DNA of 32,720 nt, from IMG/VR virus record IMGVR_UViG_3300030372_003933, positions 1-32,720 of that record, one strand, 5' to 3'. Position numbers and translations under genes: made by a program. The notes beneath the pieces are model-generated. The model saw only the letters and a program-made list of their open reading frames with translations. It did no database searches and had not been told where the DNA came from. Shown here in pieces: positions 9,382-18,747 of this stretch; position 1 is the first letter of the stretch; each line of letters opens with the position of its first letter. The DNA comes from a virus. Its lineage: Duplodnaviria > Caudoviricetes.

Positions 9382-10795
9382 AATCTTCCCCTAAAACTTT
9401 TGTAGCAATATTAATTTTACCACGCAAAGATTTTAATATTTTTTCATCAATTGTCTTTTCAGCTATGAAGTCAATGTACGTTACTTTTTTATTTTGTCCT
9501 ATTCTGTGCGCACGGTCTTCAGATTGCATTCTTACTTCTAAATCGTAGCTATTGCTAAAGTAAATAATAGTATTACTAGCAGTAAGAGTAAGGCCATACC
9601 CTCCGGTTCTAGGGTTGCCAACAAAGAACCGTAAATCGCTTTTTCTATCTTGAAAAGCATTAACGATATCTTGCCTATCTGCATCAGCAGTATCGCCGAA
9701 ATAAGATTTAACAGAGTTCTTTCCGTATTTTTGTGTAATAGCTTGTTCAATTTTTTTAATATCATGCCTGTAAACGGCCCAAATAATGACTTTTCCATCT
9801 ATTTCCTCCAAAACATTAAGTAATTCATTAATCCTATTATTTTTTAACTCAAGAGTTTTACCATCATCAGTAATCAAATGACCACAAGTTATTTGATGAA
9901 GTTTAATCATTTGTGTTAGTATGCCCGCTGCTGTTACAGTCTCTTTTTCTAAAATAGATATGGCAAAATTTTTCATCTCCACATACGCTTTCTTTTGTTC
10001 TGGCGTCATTTCAATATATCGTTTTGTGTATATTTTATCTGGAAGATCTAAACATTCAGATTTAAGAACACGGTAAGAGAATTGATTTAATTTATGTTCA
10101 AGTTCATCAAGTCTTTGGTAATCTACTATTTGTTTAAAAGAATGAGTTGCTACACTCCTACTTATCATAACAGCATATCTGTTTTTAAAAGAGTAGTAAG
10201 AAGCATGCCCCAATAATTCAGGATTAAGAAAATAACATTGTGTATATAAATCTAATGGGCTTTTAGTTACAGGAGAACCTGTCAATATTCTTCTATACTT
10301 TGCTAAAGTTCTTAAATTACATACTGTTTTAGTTCTTTTAGCTGTCGGTGATTTTATAGTTGTGGATTCGTCTATAGCCATCAAACATTGCGTTACTGTT
10401 AAAAAACGTTTGCAAATTTCTGCCCCTTTAGATGTACTAAACGCATCAATATTAATTAAAAATATTTTTAGATTATCTTGATCTTTTATAAAAGCACCAT
10501 AATCTTTTATAAATTTAGTTGAGGATGGATTCCAGACTAAAATTTTATATGGCACATGTTCTGGCATGTGTGTGGGTATTTCTTGTTTTTCCCAGTTTCT
10601 ATAGACACCTTTTGGAGCAACAATTAAAGCAGAGTTAATTTTGCCTTTGTCATGTAACATGGCTATATTATCTATTAAAACTTTTGATTTTCCTGTGCCC
10701 ATTTCCATAAATAAAGCAAAATTTTCTTTATTATGTGATGCTCCAAGAGCTTTTAATTGATGTTCATAAGGAACAGTCTTAAATTTGTAATCCAT
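9362..10795 (-). CDS. SNF2-family (SF2) DNA helicase/translocase
   Basis: MEMGTGKS (Walker A), IDES (Walker B), LTGSP, GGYGLTLT, QSEDRAHRIGQ (motif VI). Confidence 0.92.
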   Translation of the reverse strand: MDYKFKTVPYEHQLKALGASHNKENFALFMEMGTGKSKVLIDNIAMLHDKGKINSALIVAPKGVYRNWEKQEIPTHMPEHVPYKILVWNPSSTKFIKDYGAFIKDQDNLKIFLINIDAFSTSKGAEICKRFLTVTQCLMAIDESTTIKSPTAKRTKTVCNLRTLAKYRRILTGSPVTKSPLDLYTQCYFLNPELLGHASYYSFKNRYAVMISRSVATHSFKQIVDYQRLDELEHKLNQFSYRVLKSECLDLPDKIYTKRYIEMTPEQKKAYVEMKNFAISILEKETVTAAGILTQMIKLHQITCGHLITDDGKTLELKNNRINELLNVLEEIDGKVIIWAVYRHDIKKIEQAITQKYGKNSVKSYFGDTADADRQDIVNAFQDRKSDLRFFVGNPRTGGYGLTLTASNTIIYFSNSYDLEVRMQSEDRAHRIGQNKKVTYIDFIAEKTIDEKILKSLRGKINIATKVLGEDFKEWLI

Positions 10796-10810
10796 TCTAT
10801 CCTATTATTA

Positions 10811-10848
10811 TTTCTGATTTTGAGATATAATACTTGATTAATCAGAAA
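10811..10848. promoter_or_regulatory. inverted repeat in the divergent promoter region between the SNF2 helicase and the replication operon
   Basis: TTTCTGATT(10811-19)-N20-AATCAGAAA(10840-48), enclosing TATAAT (10826-31) and TTGATT. Confidence 0.45.
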
Positions 10849-10876
10849 ACAACCTTTATTTGGGAAATTAGAAAGT

Positions 10877-11203
10877 ATGACAGTTTACGTTATTCAAGAA
10901 GTTAAAGGCAGAAACATTTTACCTGCTGAAGAATATGGTGAATTAGAATTATTGCTTTCTGAGGGATCGCAAGTAGTTTTAAGCAGTCAACCTACTGTAA
11001 ATAAATTACGCAGAAAACTGCGAAATTATACAGATAATGATTACTTATTATTAATGGGTGATCCTGTAGCCATGGGCATTGCATGTGCTATTGCATCTGA
11101 TGTAAATCGTGGTAGAATACAATGCTTAAAATGGGATAAGATGGAAATGAAATATTATCCTGTAAAATTTAATCTATTCGAGAAAGGAGAAATAGATGAT
11201 TGA
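10877..11203 (+). CDS. conserved replication-module hypothetical protein (alpha/beta, DYLLLMGDP motif)
   Basis: First gene of the operon; overlaps the next gene; alternating strand/helix pattern. Confidence 0.7.
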   Translation: MTVYVIQEVKGRNILPAEEYGELELLLSEGSQVVLSSQPTVNKLRRKLRNYTDNDYLLLMGDPVAMGIACAIASDVNRGRIQCLKWDKMEMKYYPVKFNLFEKGEIDD

Positions 11204-11738
11204 TTTTGAAAAAGACGTTAACATAGATATTAAAGATGATGCTCTAAAAGATATAAGTGAATTATCTCAAAAATTAGTTGACCTTGAAGAAGAGACAGCT
11301 ATGCTTGAAGCAGCGTTAAAGAAAGTAAAAGAGAACGCTAGAAAAATTAGTGAAGAAATTATACCTGAAAAGATGAATGAGATGAATCTTACAAGTTTAT
11401 CTTTAAAAGATGGATCAAAATTAGAAGTTGTTCCAGCAATTTATGCATCTATACCTGCAAAATATAAAGAGGAAGCTTTTGATTGGTTAAGGGACCACGG
11501 TCATGGTGACTTAATAAAGAATCAATTGTCAGCATCCTTTGGTAGAGGTGAAGATGAAAAAGCTGAAGATTTTAAACACAAGGTTTCAGAACTGGGATTA
11601 CCAGTTCAGCAAAAGGTTTGGGTCGAACCTATGACCCTAAAAGCTTTTGTTCGTGAGCAAGTTACCAAAGGTAACGAAATACCCATGGACAAATTTGGCG
11701 TCTTTGTTGGTTCAAAGACTAAATTGAGTAAAAAATAA
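11196..11738 (+). CDS. conserved replication-module protein (coiled coil plus WLR..G.GDLIKN and PMTLKA motifs)
   Basis: AGAAAGGAG RBS; family commonly found next to PolA/SNF2 genes in phages. Confidence 0.7.
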   Translation: MIDFEKDVNIDIKDDALKDISELSQKLVDLEEETAMLEAALKKVKENARKISEEIIPEKMNEMNLTSLSLKDGSKLEVVPAIYASIPAKYKEEAFDWLRDHGHGDLIKNQLSASFGRGEDEKAEDFKHKVSELGLPVQQKVWVEPMTLKAFVREQVTKGNEIPMDKFGVFVGSKTKLSKK

Positions 11739-11752
11739 GAAACGAGGTAAAA

Positions 11753-12511
11753 ATGAATAATGCTGTAAGTAAAAAGAAAAATGCTGAAGTAATACCTTTC
11801 GATAAAATGTTTGAAGAAGATTCAAACAAAGGATTTGAAACGGTTGACAATCAGGATACAGCAACACCAAGATTAAAAGTGTTGCAACCTTTGTCAGAAG
11901 AAAAAAAAGAACTTGGAGCCACAGAAGGTGATATATTTAATGATGTATCTAGAGAAACTTTTAAAGGCGAAGAGGGAGTAACTGTTATACCCTGTGGATA
12001 CGTAAGACAGTATGTAGAATGGGTTGATAGGGGTAAAGGTAGCACTGGAGCACCTGTAAATATTTATGATGCAGGCAGTGATATTTTAACTAAAACAAAA
12101 AGAGATGGGAGTAAAGATAGACTACCTAACGGTAACTACGTTGAAACATGTGGTAATCATTATGTACTATTGGTTAAAGGCGACTTTGCTGAACCATGTG
12201 TAATTACCATGAAGTCTACAGCTTTAAAGAAAAGTCGTAAGTGGAATACAATGATGAAAACTTTAAAACGTCCTGGACAGAATGGACCATTTACACCACC
12301 TATGTTTTCTAAATTTTACAATTTAAAAACTGTAAGAGAAGAAAACGATCAAGGTTTTTGGTATAATTGGGATATTACAGCAGGGGATTTTTTGTCTGAT
12401 AAAGATAAAAATCTCTATGCAATGGCTAAAGACTTTTCTAATTTTGTTTCTGATGGGACAGCTACTGTCAAACATGAACAAGATGTAGAAAAACAAAGTT
12501 CACCATATTAA
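11753..12511 (+). CDS. putative single-stranded DNA-binding protein
   Basis: PRLKVLQ..S, YVEW, ITMKST..K.SRKWN and GFWYNW aromatic motifs; position in the replication operon; strong GAGG RBS; terminator immediately downstream. Confidence 0.55.
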   Translation: MNNAVSKKKNAEVIPFDKMFEEDSNKGFETVDNQDTATPRLKVLQPLSEEKKELGATEGDIFNDVSRETFKGEEGVTVIPCGYVRQYVEWVDRGKGSTGAPVNIYDAGSDILTKTKRDGSKDRLPNGNYVETCGNHYVLLVKGDFAEPCVITMKSTALKKSRKWNTMMKTLKRPGQNGPFTPPMFSKFYNLKTVREENDQGFWYNWDITAGDFLSDKDKNLYAMAKDFSNFVSDGTATVKHEQDVEKQSSPY

Positions 12512-12517
12512 ATAATC

Positions 12518-12539
12518 AGGCGCCTTCGGGCGCCTTTTT
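12518..12539 (+). terminator. intrinsic terminator with cUUCGg tetraloop
   Basis: AGGCGCC-TTCG-GGCGCCT followed by TTTT. Confidence 0.85.
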
Positions 12540-12545
12540 AACTTT

Positions 12546-14060
12546 ATGGAGAAATTTAGAGAAGTTTTTAGAGGACAAGAACGTGCGCATGGTTGTTACA
12601 CCAAAGGTGGTGTAAATGAAAAAGGAAAGCACACAGGTGATTCTCGTATCGTAAGGCTGTTTCCACAGCCCGATAGTCTATGGGAAGAGCACTTGTCAGG
12701 TGTTAATAGTCTTGGAATTATACCTATAAACGACAATAATGAGTGTCAATGGGGTTGTATAGATATAGATCAATATCCTTTGGACCATAAAAAAATAGTA
12801 AATCAAATTAGAAAAGAAAATTTTCCTTTAATAGTGTGTCGATCAAAAAGTGGTGGCGCACATATTTTTAGTTTTGTTAAGTCTTTTATACCTGCTAAAG
12901 ATATGAGAGCTAAACTACAACAGATAAGTGGGGAGCTTGGTTATGCAGGATCAGAAATATTTCCTAAACAAGAAAAAATTGAAAAAGAACGTGGAGATGT
13001 TGGCAATTTTCTTAATCTCCCTTACTTTGGTGGTACTGATCACAATCGGTACGCTTTTCTTGATGACGGCAGTGCAGCTACTTTGGACGAGTTTCTCGAT
13101 CTTGTTGATAAGTATAGAGTATCTACAGAAGAATTTTCTCAAATAAAATTATCTAAGAAAAAAAATTTTAAAGAAATGTCTGATGGTCCACCCTGCTTAG
13201 AAACTCTTATGTCTCAAAAAGTACAAGAGGGTGGTAGGGACAATGTATTATTTCATTACGCCGTATATGCCAAGAAAAAATTTCCAAAAGAATGGCAGGA
13301 TAAAGTTAATGAGTTTAATCAAAAATACATGGCAAAAAAACTTTCTATGTCAGAAGTTACAAAAACTATAAATCAACACAGTGAAAAAGATTATAATTAT
13401 ACATGTAAGGTTGAACCTATGTGTCAATTTTGTAACAGTAGTGTGTGCAGAAGTAGAAAATTTGGAATTGGTGATGGTTTTGAAAATGAATTTGATGATC
13501 TTACTAAGTATCAATCAGATGAATCACAATGGTTTATAACGGTTGATGGTAAACGTTTAAGTTTATCAAACAATGAATTGTATGATCAAAACTTGTTTCG
13601 CAAAGCATGCATGGGTAGAATTAATATTTTACCAAATGCTTTGAATCCAAGAGATTGGACAACCAAACTACAGCAACTATTAGCTGATGTAAAAATTATT
13701 GAAATGCCAATAGAGATCACAGCAACAGGAAGATTTTATGAATTACTTGAAGAATTTATCACGGACCAAGGTGATGCACAAGATTGGGAAGGTTTGCGTT
13801 TAGGTCAAGCATTACATAAAAATGACAAAATATATTTTAGGTTTGAAGCTCTTGTAGAATTTCTCACAAAGAAACAATTTAAAACATTTAATCCTACACA
13901 AATTGTTACTAGTATTAGAGGATTAAGTGGTGATAGCGGAAGTGTACGTTTAAATGGTAAAGTTCGTAGAGTATGGTATGTACCTAAAAATTTTGCACAA
14001 ATGGACAAAGATCAATATTTACATCCTAAACCAGAAATGGAAGAAGAGGTGCCTTTCTAA
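12546..14060 (+). CDS. AEP-superfamily primase-polymerase with PriCT/PriL-like region
   Basis: CIDID (motif I), RSKSGGAH (motif II), GNFLNLPY (motif III), then PPC, EGGRDN and a Cys cluster; no Walker A. Confidence 0.85.
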   Translation: MEKFREVFRGQERAHGCYTKGGVNEKGKHTGDSRIVRLFPQPDSLWEEHLSGVNSLGIIPINDNNECQWGCIDIDQYPLDHKKIVNQIRKENFPLIVCRSKSGGAHIFSFVKSFIPAKDMRAKLQQISGELGYAGSEIFPKQEKIEKERGDVGNFLNLPYFGGTDHNRYAFLDDGSAATLDEFLDLVDKYRVSTEEFSQIKLSKKKNFKEMSDGPPCLETLMSQKVQEGGRDNVLFHYAVYAKKKFPKEWQDKVNEFNQKYMAKKLSMSEVTKTINQHSEKDYNYTCKVEPMCQFCNSSVCRSRKFGIGDGFENEFDDLTKYQSDESQWFITVDGKRLSLSNNELYDQNLFRKACMGRINILPNALNPRDWTTKLQQLLADVKIIEMPIEITATGRFYELLEEFITDQGDAQDWEGLRLGQALHKNDKIYFRFEALVEFLTKKQFKTFNPTQIVTSIRGLSGDSGSVRLNGKVRRVWYVPKNFAQMDKDQYLHPKPEMEEEVPF

Positions 14061-15583
14061 TGATTAATTTAATTTTTGGTCCGCCTGGAACAGGTAAAAC
14101 TACTTACCTATTAAATGAAGTAGTGGCTAAAGAATTAAAAAATACCTCTCCAGATAAAATAGGATATTTTGCTTTTACACAAAAAGCTGCACAAGAAGCA
14201 TTACATAGAGCTCTACGAGATTTTCCAAAACAAGATGCGGATGATTTTAAATATTTTAGAACATTACACAGTTTAGCTTTTTTAGCATTAGGGTTATCTG
14301 AATCTGATGTCATGAATGACGAAGACTATCGATTTATCTCACAACAGCTACAAGTTAAATTAACAAACCCAAATGGCGAAGTTCTTGGTTATGGTGTTTC
14401 ATCACCTAACGATATTTTTATGAAAGTTATAGACATGTCAAAAATAAACGGTGTTAAATTATACGACCAATTTTTAAAAAGTGGACATATGCAAGGTGGT
14501 TGGCCCAAGTTAAAATTAATTGGTGAAACGTTACATGATTATAAGTTTGGTTCTATGCGTAAATTTAAATACGATTTCACTGACATGATTGTTGAATTTT
14601 TAAAAGAGGATATCGCACCACGGCTCGATGTTTTAATTATTGATGAAGCTCAAGATTTATCTTTTATACAATGGCAAATGGTTGATAAACTTGCAGAAAA
14701 AGCAAAACGAATCTATATCGCCGGTGATGATGACCAGGCGATATTTCAATGGGCTGGTGCTAAAAGTGAATACTTACTTAATAAAGAAGGGAATAGAATT
14801 GTTCTCAATAAATCTTATCGTTTACCCGTTAAAATACAACAACGTGCTGTAAACTTAATTAATCGTGTTAAAAACAGAGTTCAAAAACAATGGTCCCCGA
14901 AACAAGAAGAAGGTACAATTGTGCATTTACCACGAAGAAACTTTGATCATCTTAAAGAAGGTAACTGGTTAATATTAGGCAGAACAAATTATTTTTTAGA
15001 CCAGGTAGAAGATGAATTAAAATTACTTGGATATTATTATCATCGTGCAGGAAAAAGTTCTATTGGTAAAAGATTAATGAACGCAATTAATGGGTGGCGC
15101 ATGTTACAACAAGGTAGTTTCATTGATCATGATACACTAAAAGATCTTTATTATTATATGGGAGCCAACATCGGTGTTGAGCGTGGCTATAAAAATTTAA
15201 CAGGTGTCGATCAAGATGCAACATTTAGTTATAATCAATTGAAAGAAAATAATGGTTTACGAGTGCCAAAAGATTATTCATGGCACGAGGCTCTTGATAA
15301 AGTACCAGAATACAAGAAAGCTTATGTATCTGACGTGATACGAAGAGAAGGTAGCTTTCATCCCGTACCACGGATCACGCTCTCCACTGTTCACGGAAGT
15401 AAAGGTGGTGAAGCTGATAATGTAATGATACTATCAGATCTATCTCGTAAAGCAGATGAATCTTATTGGAGAGATAAAGACGATGAACGAAGAGTGTTTT
15501 ATGTTGCTCTTACAAGAGCAAAACAAACATTATACCTTGTTAGATCTAAAACAAATAGAGAGTTTAGAGAAGTTTTTCTGTGA
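14060..15583 (+). CDS. UvrD/Rep-like SF1 DNA helicase
   Basis: GPPGTGKTT, IIDEAQD, GDDDQAIF, SYRLP, STVHGSKGGE, YVALTRAK. Confidence 0.93.
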   Translation: MINLIFGPPGTGKTTYLLNEVVAKELKNTSPDKIGYFAFTQKAAQEALHRALRDFPKQDADDFKYFRTLHSLAFLALGLSESDVMNDEDYRFISQQLQVKLTNPNGEVLGYGVSSPNDIFMKVIDMSKINGVKLYDQFLKSGHMQGGWPKLKLIGETLHDYKFGSMRKFKYDFTDMIVEFLKEDIAPRLDVLIIDEAQDLSFIQWQMVDKLAEKAKRIYIAGDDDQAIFQWAGAKSEYLLNKEGNRIVLNKSYRLPVKIQQRAVNLINRVKNRVQKQWSPKQEEGTIVHLPRRNFDHLKEGNWLILGRTNYFLDQVEDELKLLGYYYHRAGKSSIGKRLMNAINGWRMLQQGSFIDHDTLKDLYYYMGANIGVERGYKNLTGVDQDATFSYNQLKENNGLRVPKDYSWHEALDKVPEYKKAYVSDVIRREGSFHPVPRITLSTVHGSKGGEADNVMILSDLSRKADESYWRDKDDERRVFYVALTRAKQTLYLVRSKTNREFREVFL

Positions 15584-15723
15584 AAAAGAAACATGATTGG
15601 ATTGATGATTTAAATATGAGAGCAGCCAAACATTTAGTAAAACTTGGATTAGAAAAAGATTGGAAAAAAACTTTTGAACGTATGACAAAGAGACGACAAA
15701 AAAGGGAAAGGAAGAAGAAATGA
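15580..15723 (+). CDS. small basic protein, 47 aa (MKKKHDWIDDLN...RRQKRERKKK); not in ORF track
   Basis: GTG start overlaps the helicase stop (GTGA) and its TGA overlaps the polymerase ATG (ATGA), filling the gap exactly. Confidence 0.65.
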   Translation: MKKKHDWIDDLNMRAAKHLVKLGLEKDWKKTFERMTKRRQKRERKKK

Positions 15724-17612
15724 CACAGATACCAATGTTTCAACCACCTAGTGAATGGACACCACCACAAAATATACCCGATTTAAGTCAAGCAAAAGAG
15801 ATAGCAATTGATTTAGAGACAAACGACATAGGTCTTAATACAAACATTGGTCCTGGTTGGCCTGTTGGAAAAGGATTTGTTGCCGGAGTTGCTTTATCTG
15901 TTGAAGGTTGGTCTGGATATTTTCCTTTACGACACGAAGGCGGTGGTAATTTTGATGAAAAAATTTTTAAATCTCAACTAAAAAAGATTTTAGAACTTCC
16001 CTGCGATAAAATTTTTCATAATGCAATGTATGATGTTGGTTGGTTAAACCAAATGGGATTAAAAGTACACGGCCGCATTGTTGACACTATGATTGCTGCA
16101 CCCATAGTTGATGAAAATAGATTTAAGTATGCTTTAAACGATCTTGGTAAACATTATTTGGGTGAAACAAAAAATGAAACTTTGCTATACGAAGCGGCAA
16201 AGAGTTGGGGAGTAGATGCAAAAGGTGAAATGTGGAAATTACCACCGATGTATGTTGGTCCTTACGCTGAAAAAGATACAGATCTTACATTGAAGTTATG
16301 GGGTTATTTTAAAACAGAATTAATAAAACAAGATCTCATGGGTATTTTTGATTTAGAAACTAAACTTTTTCCTATACTGTTTGAGATGAAAAAGAAGGGG
16401 GTACGAATTGACTTGGACCAAGCAGAGAGAACTAAGAAACTATTTGCTAAAAGAGAAAAGGAATTACTTGATAAAATCCTTAAAGACACAGGGGTCGCAG
16501 TGGATATATGGGCAGCAGCTTCTGTGGCAAAAGCTTTTGATGCAAAGAAAATTAAGTATGAACGCACTGAGAAGTCTGGCCAGCCTAAGTTTGATAAAAA
16601 CTTTCTTACAACTCACCCTAGTGAACTTGCTAAGATGGTTGTTGAAGCTAGAGAAATTAATAAAGCCAGAACCACGTTCATTGATACAATCCTCAAGCAT
16701 ACGCACCGAGGGAGGATTCACGCAGAGATACATCAAATGCGATCCGACCAAGGAGGAACGGTAACAGGTAGATTTAGCTACAGTAACCCTAATTTACAGC
16801 AAATTCCTGCTAGAAATAATGTTATTGGACCTAAAATAAGAAGTTTATTTATTCCTGAAGAGGGTTGCAAGTGGGGAACTTTTGATTACTCGCAACAAGA
16901 ACCACGAATCACGGTGCATTTTGCTAAATTAACGAACGGAGGTTTACCTGGCTCAGATACCGTCATAGACGCTTATGAGAACGATGATGCTGATTTCCAT
17001 CAAGTAGTAGCGGATATGGCTGGAATTGATCGTAAGACAGCAAAAACGATTAATTTAGGCATGATGTATGGCATGGGTAAGGGTAAACTTGGTTCAGAAT
17101 TAGGTTTAGATGAAGAAGACACCGCAGATTTATGGAAACAATACCATAAACGTGTACCTTTTGTTAAAGAATTAGCCGATAAAGTGTCAGCTCGTGCGCA
17201 AGATGTTGGATATATCAGAACTTTACTTGGGAGAAAATGTCGTTTTGACCTGTGGGAGCCAAATTTATTTGGCATAAACAAGCCATTACCTCATGTAGAA
17301 GCTATGAGAGAACACGGTAGGAACATTAGAAGAGCCTTTACATACAAGTCTTTAAATAGATTAATACAAGGATCGGCGGCAGATCAAACAAAACAAGCTA
17401 TGATAGATTTACATGAGGAAGGCTTTCTTCCTCATATACAGGTTCATGATGAATTGAATCTCTCTGTTGATAGTCCCGATCAATACTCGGTAATAAAAAC
17501 TGTAATGGAAAATTGTGTTTCGCTCAAGGTTAAATGCAAAGTAGATGTTGAAATCGGTGAAAGTTGGGGTACTATCAAAGAATATGTTAAAGACATTCGT
17601 AATAGTGGTTAG
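15720..17612 (+). CDS. polA: family A DNA polymerase with 3'-5' exonuclease domain
   Basis: Exo motifs IDLET, HNAMYD, YAEKD; TGRFS..PNLQQIP; motif A DYSQQEPR; motif B KTINLGMMYG; motif C VHDEL. Confidence 0.96.
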   Translation: MTQIPMFQPPSEWTPPQNIPDLSQAKEIAIDLETNDIGLNTNIGPGWPVGKGFVAGVALSVEGWSGYFPLRHEGGGNFDEKIFKSQLKKILELPCDKIFHNAMYDVGWLNQMGLKVHGRIVDTMIAAPIVDENRFKYALNDLGKHYLGETKNETLLYEAAKSWGVDAKGEMWKLPPMYVGPYAEKDTDLTLKLWGYFKTELIKQDLMGIFDLETKLFPILFEMKKKGVRIDLDQAERTKKLFAKREKELLDKILKDTGVAVDIWAAASVAKAFDAKKIKYERTEKSGQPKFDKNFLTTHPSELAKMVVEAREINKARTTFIDTILKHTHRGRIHAEIHQMRSDQGGTVTGRFSYSNPNLQQIPARNNVIGPKIRSLFIPEEGCKWGTFDYSQQEPRITVHFAKLTNGGLPGSDTVIDAYENDDADFHQVVADMAGIDRKTAKTINLGMMYGMGKGKLGSELGLDEEDTADLWKQYHKRVPFVKELADKVSARAQDVGYIRTLLGRKCRFDLWEPNLFGINKPLPHVEAMREHGRNIRRAFTYKSLNRLIQGSAADQTKQAMIDLHEEGFLPHIQVHDELNLSVDSPDQYSVIKTVMENCVSLKVKCKVDVEIGESWGTIKEYVKDIRNSG

Positions 17613-17790
17613 TTTGTGGGGTTTCAACGGAAGTACATGGGTCTACACAGGAAATCAAATGGTTTTGCAAGAAACTTATGATGAATTACAACTGTGTCAA
17701 GAAATGGGCAGGAAGTTTATGAAGTTTGAAATGAATAAATATTTTACTTTTAAAGTACAATGTATCGAGGATATTAAAAAAGATATTTGA
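17584..17790 (+). CDS. small protein with hydrophobic N-terminus and two Cys (likely exported/membrane), about 68 aa
   Basis: ATG at 17584 gives MLKTFVIVVSLWGF..., more plausible than the track's 17545 start. Confidence 0.55.
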   Translation: MLKTFVIVVSLWGFNGSTWVYTGNQMVLQETYDELQLCQEMGRKFMKFEMNKYFTFKVQCIEDIKKDI

Positions 17791-17815
17791 CTATTTATAT
17801 AAAATCCCATATATT
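17787..17815 (+). promoter_or_regulatory. sigma70 promoter with overlapping ATCCCAT box; probably yields a leaderless mRNA
   Basis: TTGACT-N17-TATATT; ATG at 17822 lies 7 nt after the -10; no SD. Confidence 0.7.
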
Positions 17816-17821
17816 ACCCAT

Positions 17822-17995
17822 ATGAATATAGAAAAGTACAAAAGTGTTGCAATACACAAAGATACTTATGATAAAATTAAGCCTATGGCCAAAAAAGGTT
17901 ATATGACGATTAATAATTTTATACGTATGTTAGTTGATAAGGAACACTTAAAGGAACAAGAAAGTAAGAAAGAGAGTAATGGCGTGGCGGATTAA
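17822..17995 (+). CDS. ribbon-helix-helix (Arc/MetJ/CopG-like) DNA-binding protein, 57 aa; not in ORF track
   Basis: MNIEKYKSVAIHKDTYDKIKPMAKKGYMTINNFIRMLVDKE: strand KSVAI, helix, turn, helix pattern of RHH proteins. Confidence 0.7.
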   Translation: MNIEKYKSVAIHKDTYDKIKPMAKKGYMTINNFIRMLVDKEHLKEQESKKESNGVAD

Positions 17996-18184
17996 ATGAA
18001 ATTACCCGATAGCCCAATTCGTAAGGTCTACCAATGTCCTAAATGCGATACGGTATCGGTAAAATTTTTTGATCCGAGACATAACACGTCTTACACATAT
18101 GAAGAATGGAGGCGAATAGTACATGAAGGAAGTAAAGCTCTTGATAGATTACTTAAAATGTACGACCCAAAATTTTTTATATAG
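17996..18184 (+). CDS. small hypothetical protein with CxxC
   Basis: YQCPKC motif; starts right after the RHH stop. Confidence 0.65.
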   Translation: MKLPDSPIRKVYQCPKCDTVSVKFFDPRHNTSYTYEEWRRIVHEGSKALDRLLKMYDPKFFI

Positions 18185-18202
18185 CTATCATTAAGGAGAA
18201 AG

Positions 18203-18382
18203 ATGAGAAAGGAGTCAATTTTACCAAAATTTAAATACAAGGCAAAATATGGCAGATTATACACACATGAGGTTTGTAAAGACTGTTCCAAAAAATATCT
18301 TTGTGATAACATGATGCAAGATAAAATGAATTATGACGTGTGGCGTTGTATTCGATGTTACAATTTAAAATTTAGAAATTAG
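18203..18382 (+). CDS. Cys4 zinc-finger protein, 59 aa; not in ORF track
   Basis: AAGGAG RBS; CKDC...CIRC. Confidence 0.7.
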   Translation: MRKESILPKFKYKAKYGRLYTHEVCKDCSKKYLCDNMMQDKMNYDVWRCIRCYNLKFRN

Positions 18383-18390
18383 GAGAGATT

Positions 18391-18747
18391 ATGAAGAAAG
18401 AAAAAAATAGTCATCACGGCAGAGAATGGTACGATGATGAATATGAATTATTTGAGAATGATGATACCCGAACAGAGCAGATTTTTGATGTTAAAATTAG
18501 ATTAGAAACTCCAGACGGCATAACCACAAGTCGTTTATTACGTGTACTTCAAAGAGCGCTTAGTGATTCATTGTATTTATATAATGAAGCTCATGCTCAT
18601 ACAGTTTCTGGGGAATTAATTGAAACCAATGAAATTGATGTTAATGCAGAAGTTTTAAATTTAGAAGTCCCAAGTGTAGAGCAAATAGTTAAGAAAAAAA
18701 CTAATAAATTAAACGAATTATTAGGCAAAAAAAATGGAAAAAAATAG
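18391..18747 (+). CDS. hypothetical protein, 118 aa
   Basis: AGGAG RBS; overlaps the next gene. Confidence 0.65.
   Translation: MKKEKNSHHGREWYDDEYELFENDDTRTEQIFDVKIRLETPDGITTSRLLRVLQRALSDSLYLYNEAHAHTVSGELIETNEIDVNAEVLNLEVPSVEQIVKKKTNKLNELLGKKNGKK

Noticed and set aside
11131-11138. ATGGGATA box inside gene 10877..11203
   Set aside because: It encodes Trp-Asp and has no promoter context, so it was not counted as an operator.
1489-17627. Many 60-120 aa antisense or off-frame ORFs in the track (e.g. 1489-1677, 3619-3810, 9538-9798, 12928-13146, 16304-16567, 16408-16764, 17000-17281)
   Set aside because: They lie within well-supported genes and show no RBS or motifs, so they are most likely shadow ORFs.
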